DNA of 59,401 nucleotides, filler included, from Dugesia japonica (lineage: Eukaryota): assembly GCA_001938525.1 (NCBI GenBank). It is 5 parts of 5 records of this genome, joined end to end, with 100 filler letters (N's around TTAATTAATTAA, not from the genome) between each part and the next. Parts side by side here need not be neighbours in the genome. Positions count along the whole stretch, not along the records: positions 44,206 to 59,401 come from MQRL01563998.1; 4 more parts are not named here. One strand, written 5' to 3'. Below the pieces are notes generated by a model that was given only the letters and a program-made list of their open reading frames with translations, did no database searches and was not told the DNA's origin. The translations under genes were made by a program, and so were the position numbers. This document shows, piece after piece, positions 49,001 to 59,401 of the stretch (position 1 is the first letter of the stretch; each line of letters begins with the position of its first letter).

Positions 49001-52000
49001 CCAATGAATTCGAATGTGAATATTAGTGCATTTTACCAGTTTCAAAAAATACTCGTCTAAAAAACAAGATAATTACTTCTAGCCAAAATAAAGAAGATAT
49101 TATTTTTTTTCTCTTCTCTTCTCTTATATGAGTCTGTTTATACAACATTAGTCTGTTAACATAAAATCAATTAAATATTTTTATGTTAATGAAAATAGTT
49201 AGAAAAATTGGCTTTAAAAACACACTTATGTATATGAATTGTTATTGATTTATAAATAAAATTTTGCATTGTAAAGTTTATTTTTTTGTCATAATCAGAC
49301 AATTTATAAGTAGTTCAACTTGACACTGTTTATTTTTTTATTGATAATTGTCCAAATTTAATTTGTTTAAACGATTTTACAAATTTATATATTTATTTTC
49401 GTTTTATAATAAATTAACTTATTTCAACGATATAAAATTTGCACAGCACAAATTGCAATTTTATAATTAAAAATATATTGGCATCTTAATATTTTATCTA
49501 TCAAAAAGCAAAGAAGTGTTCATGATTCTATAAGGGATTTAAGTCATCAAATTTCAAATGTCTACTGTGTTCATTTAAATTTAATTTCTTGAGTTCTGCG
49601 TAAATAATTTGTTTAAATTAAAATATATAGATGCTGAATTTGTTTTGACAGCAAGGAAATTTAAAAAGTACGATAATATATACATATATATATATATTTA
49701 TTTATTTATTTATTGAAATTTATTTAAGAGTAAACAATGTGATCAAGTGTAATGTTAAAATCAATATTTAAAATAAAGTTCATTTAATTATTAAGTAACC
49801 AAGAAAGTTCGTTCGGTTTTTAAATATATAATTATATGCAAAAACCGAACGAACTTTCTTAGTTTCCTAATAAAATGAAACTAATAGTATGTTTAATTGA
49901 ATTAATGTTTTTAATGTACATTTGAGATCAATTATAATCTTAAATATGCTTAACTTCACACACTCTGTTAATGATAATTCTGCTATCCAACTCATTATTT
50001 AATATTAAAATAAAATAATTCCAAGAAATTATATTTTTTAACATTAAATATTTTACTAAAAATTTTGGTTCTATTTTAAGAAATATTTTAGAAATATGAA
50101 TTCTGAGATAATTTTCTGACATTAATTAGGATGTTATGTTCAAATAAATATATAATTAGAGGTATTATCGTTCTATACCAGTGGTGCACTATCGCTGTTC
50201 TAGACGGGCCGCATCATCAGTTTAAATCAATTTCGCGGGCATGTAAAAATTTCGGACCATTTCGGTTATTATAGCTAAATAACTATACTATACTATATAC
50301 TATATAACTTCAAAAATTTAATATGGCACTATAGTGTCATTTTGCAGCTAGTATTTTGAAGGAGATTGTTTTGAATCCGTTAAATATTGGTTGTATATTT
50401 CTATAAAAAATACATTTAGGATATTTCATGGACTTGGGTCACGGGCCGTATATTGTTCACCCCTGTTCTATACAAATACTAAAGTATAACACAATTGTTA
50501 TATTGATAAATCATCATAACTAATATATAAATCAGTGAAGTCGATTTGATAGTTGAAATACATAATTCTGAAAATTTTCATTATTTATCAAAAAATTCAA
50601 ATTCTGCTCAAACTGTTAAATTAAATTGATTTTAACTTTTTATCAGAAATAATTTTAATGTTTTGTTTTTAGTTTCGGTGCTTGTGATTTTTTAGACTAT
50701 TTTAATTATTTATAAATTTCTAAGAAAATAATTTTAGCGTAATTGGAATGTTTATTACTTCCATTTTAGAACTTGTTTCTAAGGAGTTACATTTCAATAA
50801 ATCTGGTTGATTCGTGTTAATTTTCATTGTTACCATATTGTAGTATTCGTATTACAGTTTATACGAATTATAAATTGAATAATTGCAAATTTTAGTTATA
50901 TTCGTTATAATGATATTATTAGAAATGTGAATTTGAAATAAATACAATTAATATTTTTATAATTTTACCAATTAGATATTTACAATTTTGACTATTACTT
51001 ATCAAAATTAATTGTAAAAATGAAACTTTTATGTAATGAAATTATACAAGCATTTAATTTCTATTCAAAATTTTTCTAGTGGTACTTATCGAAATTTTTC
51101 CTCTACTCCATTTTTACTTATATAAATTTTAGGTTGAATTAACAAATTCCAATTTATTAGTTATTAGAATTACTTTAATTAATTATTTTATTCAGTTGAC
51201 AAAATTTCTGCTAAAACATTATGCGTATTGGATCTTGAACCATTGAAAATTTCAAAGCAACCGTTTTTTCAAATAGGACCTTGTAGCGAGATTGCACCTC
51301 GAATGGTCAAATGTCGAAGTTGTCGTCAAAATAATAACAGTTCAAATAACAATGACCAATCAATTAATACTGCTGATGATGTCAGTTCCGTTAAATCTGG
51401 CAGTAAAGATTCTAGCACAACTAATGTTTTTAGTAGTTTCTGTAGATTTCATGGCTTTAGAAAGTAAGTTATAATAACTATTGTACAGATTTAAAAAAAA
51501 TAAATTTAGCATTCAATTTTAATAAATAAAATTTAAATAATCAAAACGTATTTCAAAAACAAAAAATTTGTTAATATTAATGAATTAATATAAATAAACT
51601 ATCTCGATATAAATCAAAAATATTTTAAAAATTCATTTATGGATTTGTTTGGAATAAAAAATTAATTCTTACTGACTTAGTTCTTATATAAATCTTATTG
51701 GTCAAAAAGGAGTACACTGAATTATTTGGTGTGTAATTGATAATTTAGGAATTGTTATTTAAATTTTTTCAAACATTAAACATTGGCTATTCTAGAATTC
51801 ATTAACTATTTATAAATTTAAATTCATAACTATTAAATGTTTACAATGTTGTTCTGCAATTACATTTAAACTACATATTCATCGTTTGTAATCACTGATA
51901 ATTTTATCATAAGTTGAAATTTCCACTATAATTAAATTATATCAAAAAATGTCAGATTTCCACAAATCTATTAATATTTCGTGTCATGTGTTGCATGACG

Positions 52001-53709
52001 ACTATTGTGTTCATCTGTTAAGTTAATCTAATAATTTGAGGATTATTTTAATTGATTAAAGTCAAGTCATTTATTTTGCTTAAATGAAATTTATGACCTC
52101 TACTTGGTAAAATTGTCGTTTGATTTAATTACGCGTAAGCTTAAGAAATTATATTAACAAATTTATTAAAATCTTTATTAAAAAAATCTGAAACTATCAT
52201 CATTATCAATACTTTATATTAATTATAATAATCATTATTATTATTTTAATTAAAAACTTTAAAACAAGAAAGTAAAATTCGTTCTATCTAGAAAACAATT
52301 TCTTTCCATTCATTACATTACAATCTATAATAACATTTAACTTGAGAGTCTCTATCTATGTAATTTCTATAAGATAAGTTTTATGGAATAATGAAATTGA
52401 AATATTGTAGTAATCCGTCAGTGTATAATGATGGTCTGGAAGCTTATTTAATCGATTAATTCTCATAGTGACCTTAAAACAACTGATTTTAAAGTCCATG
52501 ATATAATGACACAATTTTATTTACATAATTTAACACAACTATAAATCACTTGTTAGTTTAACCTATTTTATTATGAAAATATTCACCAAGATAAATACAA
52601 ACAATATGAAGAATTATTTCTNNNNNNNNNNNNNNNNNNNNNNNNNNNNNNNNNNNNNNNNNNNNNNNNNNNNGTATTTCTATTATATTTTTATTGAAAT
52701 TAATTAAATTAAATATTGTTTATCAAACCTTATATATATATATATATATTTAAATAATAAATTACTAAGTTATTAACTTTGGCCTCCAGGTTTTACGGAG
52801 TCAATGTATGCATTACGCTCAAAGGAATAAATAAATAATATAACCCCAAATATTTTATTTATTTCAACTTCATTAATTACTAATTGTGAAATTACAAATT
52901 TGGCAGACATTGTCGAAAGCATATATTTGGTTTAAATTTCATCTTTGATCATGTTTATCAAATTTTCATTCAACAATATACCATTGTTGTTAATATAATT
53001 AGTTTGAACTACACTATACACACCGTCACATATTTCTAGGCACCCAAACACAGACATATTGCTAGTATGTGACACTCAGTTTTGATTCAATTTTTAAGAT
53101 AATTAAATGTTGAAATTAAAGGTTAAATCGCTGTGTCTGTAATTTATAATTCATCATAACAACATTTCAGGTCAATATGTGCTTTAGTTAACCTGTTATT
53201 TGTTTTTAATAATGTGATATTAAATTTAGTCTTTATATAGAAAACTCATTTATTTTTCTTATTTAAATTTGGAGAACAGACTCAGATCAATTGTTTGTAC
53301 AAAAACTGTTTACTGGATAATATTTTCTTGTATTGACCTAATAAAAAGAGCTTTATTAAAACTTTGCTGCTCTCGTTATGCTTTAACTAGGATAGAAAAT
53401 ATGACTAACCTACTTTCTTTGTCAAATATTAATCGTATCGTGGTGTGTGAGGAGAGAAGAAATTTTTTAAAATCTCTTGTTTTTCAACAAAGACTAATAA
53501 AATCTCAATACGATAAGAAACTAAAAATAGAATTTCACATTTAGTAGACTTGAAAAATGATTTATCTTTGTTATTTATTTTTTTTTTAAAATTATAAATT
53601 TTAGATTACAATTTTCATCCAAAGGCACATTAACTCAAGCTGGATTCTGCAGATCCTATGAGGCTGATTTTCAAGATTTATCACTCTGGAGAATGTACTA
53701 TCCATGTTG
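46066..53709 (+). CDS. KDM3: KDM3/JMJD1-family histone demethylase, internal exons 46066-46342, 51196-51463 and 53605-~53709
   Basis: FFQIGPCSEIAPRMVKCRSCR...FCRFHGFRK|LQFSSKGTLTQAGF..LSLW matches the KDM3 Cys-rich region (FLQDGSC..IAPHLHKCRECR..FCRFFHFRRL.F...G.L...GF). Intron phases 1 and 2 are compatible. The JmjC domain is not in the window. Confidence 0.8.
48489..48610. mobile_element. hAT (Blackjack-like) MITE remnant
   Basis: GTGACCATA...TATGGTCAC terminal inverted repeat with internal GTCCCGAA repeats. Confidence 0.65.
49791..49870. mobile_element. 80-bp mariner-derived hairpin MITE (MADE1-like architecture)
   Basis: AAGAAAGTTCGTTCGGTTTT / AAAACCGAACGAACTTTCTT inverted arms with TA on both flanks. 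Confidence 0.8.
50179..50465. mobile_element. hAT (Charlie-type) MITE with 8-bp TSD
   Basis: CAGTGGTGCAC...GTTCACCCCTG termini; TTCTATAC at 50171-50178 and 50466-50473. Confidence 0.9.
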
Positions 53710-55323
53710 GTTATAAATTTCTTTTCATATTTAAATATTAATGCCAAAATAAAATTAATGAAATTTAAATATTAAAATCTATATTAAAACAAAGAATCAA
53801 ATGAAAAAGTCGCAGATTTTATCTTTCCGTGTGTTAATGATATTTATTAACTTTTTTTCTGACTTGAAACTTATAAGCATACACACATACACACATGCAC
53901 ACAAGCAATTGAATCTCACGTGGTCAAATTTGTACAGTTTTGACTGGTGAATTAATTTTTCGAGCTGAGAAAATATGTGTACTTTGTATTGATCATTTCT
54001 CTCTTGTGTTTAATTCTGGTCTTAATTATAATTAATAATCAATTTGTGTTTATTTATATTACTTATACATAGTAATACAGTTTTCCATAATTTTGATGAA
54101 TTGCTTTATTTTTTTGTAAAAAAATTTATATTACTTATTGATTTGAATTCTTGAACGAACATCGAATAAACATCAATCTAGTATCTTAATAAATAAAATC
54201 TGAAAATTAATTTTAATTAAAATTTAACATTGATGCAGTAAAATCATTATCGAAAAATTTGAAAAAGTTTATATTTTAATATTTCATTAATTTGTCAATA
54301 CAATGAATGCTATCGATAGTTTTCAAATGTATTAATATTACAAGCATACATTCCAATCGAATGTGTAGTATTTATTGTGGAATATGTAAATTTACAAAGA
54401 TTTTTTAGCATTTATATAGAATTTTGCAAATAATTTTTTTAGAAAATAAGTTGAATGTATTTACTAATTAGTTTTATTACAATTATTTTAAATTTTGCAA
54501 AATTTAATATTGTTTTCTATTTTAATTTTTAGAAATTGATAATTTTTTTATTGGTTTTAATTTTCTGTTGATTATTAAAAGGCTATTTCTCAGTAATTTA
54601 TATTTTTCCATTTTTAAATTAAATTATTCAATGTAATATATTAAAAATTGTTTATTAATTTACAATTTATAAAAATGAATTCATAATTTGGGCGATTCAT
54701 AAAAATTATTTTTATGTAATTTTAATAAAATCAATGAAATAACTTTGATTAATTGCAAACTTTTATTTTTATTATAATAGATCTGAAATTAAAATATTTA
54801 AAAATTCATTTGATAATTAATTTAATGAAATATTTTGATTTGTTGTAAATAATAGGTTAAAAGAATTTTATATAAAATTTTTAAATAATGATTTAAATAA
54901 GTTTTAAAAAATAAATGAATGTTTGTAGTAATTAATTGAAGTAAAAAATTATAAATCAAAGCAATTTGAAATGATCTGTGGATTTTATTCAGAAAAACTT
55001 TAATTACAAAAATTTGATTTATAAAGTTAATTAATTTTTAAAAAATAGTCATAATCAATTATAACGGATATAATTCATTTATGAAGTCGTAATGACGCTT
55101 AATTAATCATAATTATAAAATTACAAATAAATATAATTTTTTCATCTCGCATTCAGTATTGAGCTTTTCGTAATATTTTATTTAACAAATTTTGCATAAT
55201 CTTATCACCCTTTCTGATATATAATAATATAATTTTTATAGTTATGATTTTTTTTAATTTTAAAAATTTCGTGATTTTAATTTGATATTTCCATTGTTAC
55301 AGTAAATATTATTTTTTATTTAA

Positions 55324-55802
55324 CCCTTTCAACGCGGTAAACGAAAAAAAAGTTAATCTGAAAAATGCAAATTTTTCATGAAAAATAAAGTATTCTATAA
55401 AATTCTTTTTACTTTTTTTTGAGAATATCATGATTTAATACACCAAAAAATATTCGTCAATAAAAGATGAAGAAGGATGAAGAGGCAAAAAAAAGTTTCA
55501 AAAAAATATTTTATTTACTATAATTATATTTATNNNNNNNNNNNNNNNNNNNNNNNNNNNNNNNNNNNNNNNNNNNNNNNNNNNNNNNNNNNNNNNNNNN
55601 NNNNNNNNNNNNNNNNNNNNNNNNNNNNNNNNNNNNNNNNNNNNNNNNNNNNNNNNNNNNNNNNNNNNNNNNNNNNNNNNNNNNNNNNNNNNNNNNNNTA
55701 AAATTAACATCACGTTTTTTACAAGCTATGGACTATAGTCGATTTACGCGTCGAAGAGGAAAAAAATTCGGGTGACTATAGTCGCTTTACGCGTCCAAAG
55801 GG
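55324..55802. mobile_element. Non-autonomous piggyBac element
   Basis: TTAA|CCCTTTCAACGCG...CGCGTCCAAAGGG|TTAA; subterminal repeat GACTATAGTCG.TTTACGCGTC x2. Confidence 0.88.
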
Positions 55803-56295
55803 TTAATAAACAATATTGTAACACGCGCAATTTAAAAGATAAATAAATAAAATTAATGTTGCTAATAAGATCCAAGAATTTAATATATGAAATTTTGAAC
55901 TTTTTCGTGTTTAAAAATGTAAAAATAATAATTGTAATTTTCTATAATATTAATTAACTAAACAAAACATAATTCTAATATTAATTTAGAAATTTCAAAA
56001 ATTATGCCGATAATGAGAAGAATGCCCTTAATTAGAGGGTATTTAAAATTTCATGATTATATGCTAGTATGTTTTTGATGAGATTTGTATTTTCTCTAGG
56101 AAAATCCACACTCTTTTATTAAATTAACATCTTTTCTATTGTTATACACTCGGCTATAGAAATAATGATATTCTTTAAATAGGAAAAATTTTAAAAAAAA
56201 TAAAATATTTATATTAAAAACTATTAGTTTATTGCAAGTATAGTTGCAAATTTGGTCTATCATGTATAAAGAAATATATCTCAGTTAATATAATT

Positions 56296-56790
56296 TATTC
56301 ATCAAAATACGAACAATTTCTTCATTTTTCTGACATGAAACAAGTCTATAAACTCCAAAAACATAGAGTTCTGAAGTTCTAAAACCTTGGTTATAGAAAA
56401 TTTTGTTTTGCAGGAGATGTCGAATAAGCTTTCTGAGTTAGAGTTTTATATCCTAGTTCGTTCAATTTCTGACTCATTATTTTTTAGACATGAAGTCTGG
56501 CATTATCGTCAAATGTTGTTTAGAATAACTTGTTTCTTTGCACATTACTGCTATAAAGAAATGAATGTTTCTATGAAGAAGCGCGGAGTAGACTTCATAT
56601 CGGTGAAATTTCTGATTTATGTTCAATTCATGACCACACAGTGTTTGACCTTTTTAGTTTCCCAGTTAGTGGGAATATTGAACAACTGTTGAATGGTCAA
56701 CGTTAAGTTTATGTGCAACTTATCGAGCTGTTTTGTGCTTTGTGTCTGCTTAAGTATTGATTCTCATTTAGTTGTACTCAATCACAAAAG
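56296..56790 (-). mobile_element. Degenerate, internally deleted mariner transposase
   Basis: KLNVDHSTVVQY, HELNINQKFHRYEV.SALL.RN, DNARLHVS..QKLNELGYKTL..AYS, SYFDE*. Confidence 0.8.
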
Positions 56791-59401
56791 AAAGTCAAAA
56801 ATCCGCTTCAATTCAAGATTCATTTATTTTACGGAATTTTTAATATTAATCAATATGGCCTAATATTTGATTAATATTGTGAGCAGTTTCTACCAATTTT
56901 TACTAATTTGAATTCATGCAATCAAATCGCTCGATTTAGTTTTATTTCCATATTAATTTTGACAACCTCAAATCAACAAGAATAAACAATGGTAATGAAA
57001 TTAGCTCATTAAAATTGCAATATTTAATGAAAATAGTTATATAAATTTAATGTATCCTAGTTTAAAATAACAAAAAACTACAAATCTTGTAGACCAACCC
57101 AATAAATAAAAAGAAATATTTTATATTATGGTATAATAAATGGCCTTACTAATGTATTTTACAAGATTGATTATACATTCAGAAATGAATCGAGAATATA
57201 AATAATATTCAGTAATATAAAATGTTAAACACCAATCATTTTTATATATAAAAGATAATCAAACAAAATATATTTAATTTTTTTAATTAATTAAAATTGA
57301 TTAAATTAATTAATAAAAAATAATAGAGGCAATTTAAAAATCAGAACTCTTTTCTATTCTTTGTTTTCTGCTTATATATTGTTTAAATCTATGACCATAA
57401 AATAACCATTTTATGTTTCATCACAAAAAGCAAAATAAACAAGAATAAAAACGTTCTATTTTTAAATAAACAAAAAAATATTTAAATTATTTATTATAAT
57501 TATTATTTATTATTATTATAACAATAATTATAAATAATTTCTATATGTTGATGGAAATTGATTGAATATAATCTTGGATTTAATTTGTAAAATCGAAACT
57601 CTTTAAAAATTTGTTGCTGTGTTTATTTGAAAATTAATAATATTTATTTGGCAACAAAACCCATTTTTTCTAAATTTTATCACTTTTGAAAAATGTCACT
57701 AATAAAAGAAATTATTTGAAAATAATGAAAACAAATTATATTCATTTTTCATTCTTGTCAATTTTTAAAATTCTATTGACAGGACTATTTCTATTTTTGG
57801 TTTGTAATGTTTCTTATTTTTTTAATTGCATTCATTATTAGAATATTTCTTTCAAAATAAGACAAACATTCTATTATGCCGTGGGTCACTAAATTTTAAA
57901 ATTTAAATGTTTTCTTCGTGCTTTAAATTTCATTTGAACAACCATATAATTAAATTTAGAATTGTATTTTAAAAAACAATTTCAATATCTTAATTTTCAT
58001 TAATACGTAATAAATTGCAATTTAGTTTTAAAGCTTATTAAGTAAATTTCGATTATTACTATATTGAGATAAAATAATGGATTATATTTATCAATGAAAA
58101 GTTTTAAATGCTATTTCTGGATATTTTTTTATTATGCTTCAATAGAACATCTATCATTTTCAGATATATTAATCCATTTAAATTATTATATTAAAATATT
58201 CGATTTTTCTAACAAATTAAATTAATTATAAACATTCAACTTAGAAAAACTTGATTGAACATTAATTTTAGGATCAATCGATCTAATCACCAATATTTCA
58301 CTAATAGCTCTCTCCCAATAATCTTAAGTGTCTGCAAAAAATTTAAAAATTGTTAGTATTAATAACTAATTTTCAGCAATATTAGTTCCAGTATCAATTT
58401 GACGATATTCTTGAATTCTTTTACAGAGATGACGGGAAAATCAGAAGACAATTTTAGATTTGTTTCTAAACATATTTCTAAACATATCTACAAAACAACT
58501 CAAAAATTTAAAATAATTGCCATTGTTTTTGATTAAAATATTTATCAATAGTATTTAAAAGTAACTGAAGTTAATTTGAGTTCAATATTCATCATAATTA
58601 TGTTTTAAAAATAACTGACAAATAAGTTAATTTGAAGAATATTAAAATATTAAGCTTGTTTGTTTGAAATATCTGATAGTAATTAAACAAATTTCTTTGT
58701 GTAAGTGCATTACAACTCTCATTAAACAATTAATCAATATTAATCACGAATTAACCTAATTACTCTCATATGTAGGTCGCACAATCATATCACACTTAAC
58801 AATGTATCCAATCGTCAGTATTCAGAGAATTTTATTGATCTTTTATGTGATTATTATAACAAGTACATTTTTAATAGCAGTAAATATTGTTTAGATTATT
58901 TATAAATTAATTAAGTTACGTTTTTATATTAAGGAAATAATCACAAATTCAATCAATTTACGAATTTTAAATGAATGAATTTTTAATCGATTTAATTGCT
59001 AATTTAAATTTCTTTTATTCAAAAGGATTATTTTTGTATATTATTTAACAACTGAAAATTAAGTTTTATCATTATTTGTTTATTATTTGCAATATAATTG
59101 TAATTTTTTGGTTAAATTATTTTACTATATTTGCATCTAAATATTGATTTTTTTCTAATATTTGGCTTAGTATTTTATTTGTTTTTATTAATTTTTATTA
59201 AATACGCAACATTAAATGATGATTCTGCTGCTTTATTTAATAATTTATCATTTAGTATTTTAACATCAATCTTAGTTTCTTATTTTTACAATTGGAATTA
59301 TTATGAGAATAATTGTTGGATTTAACTATTGATCGTTTTATATAATTCATTTAATATAAAAGCTTTGATCAAAATTTAGGTTTTAATTATTGATATTGGA
59401 T

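Noticed and set aside
53269-53544. 91-aa intronic ORF with RIVVCEE, faintly like mariner RIVTCDE
   Set aside because: A single weak motif, insufficient to call.
59131-59325. Hydrophobic ORF resembling a mitochondrial insertion or membrane-protein exon
   Set aside because: No recognisable motif; T-rich composition alone explains the hydrophobicity. It would need BLAST against the mitogenome.

Overview
Very AT-rich, gappy eukaryotic scaffold. It looks like an invertebrate, and the 40-45 bp introns and repeat content fit a triclad planarian (inference only). Four N44-TTAATTAATTAA-N44 blocks are artificial scaffolding linkers. Host genes: the first 4 exons of a COBW/ZNG1 GTPase gene (-), the last exon of HADH (-), three phase-compatible exons of a KDM3/JMJD1-like gene (+) and a truncated RPS18 pseudogene. 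Most of the rest is transposon debris: Gypsy, hAT, mariner/Tc1, piggyBac and hAT MITEs, Polinton PolB and minisatellite-bearing repeats. The standout is 9.9-16.8 kb, where two diverged, oppositely oriented and apparently nested giant LTR-like elements (TGTTGG...CCCCAACA termini; inner one ~4.4 kb with a TTAT target duplication) each carry the same antisense four-ORF cassette. Each ORF starts at its own splice acceptor, two of them seem to need a spliced-in A to form ATG, and the element tip holds stem-loops supported by compensatory base changes. A second virus-like relic, a HUH-Rep-like ORF next to a divergent TBP-like ORF, lies at 26.6-27.6 kb.
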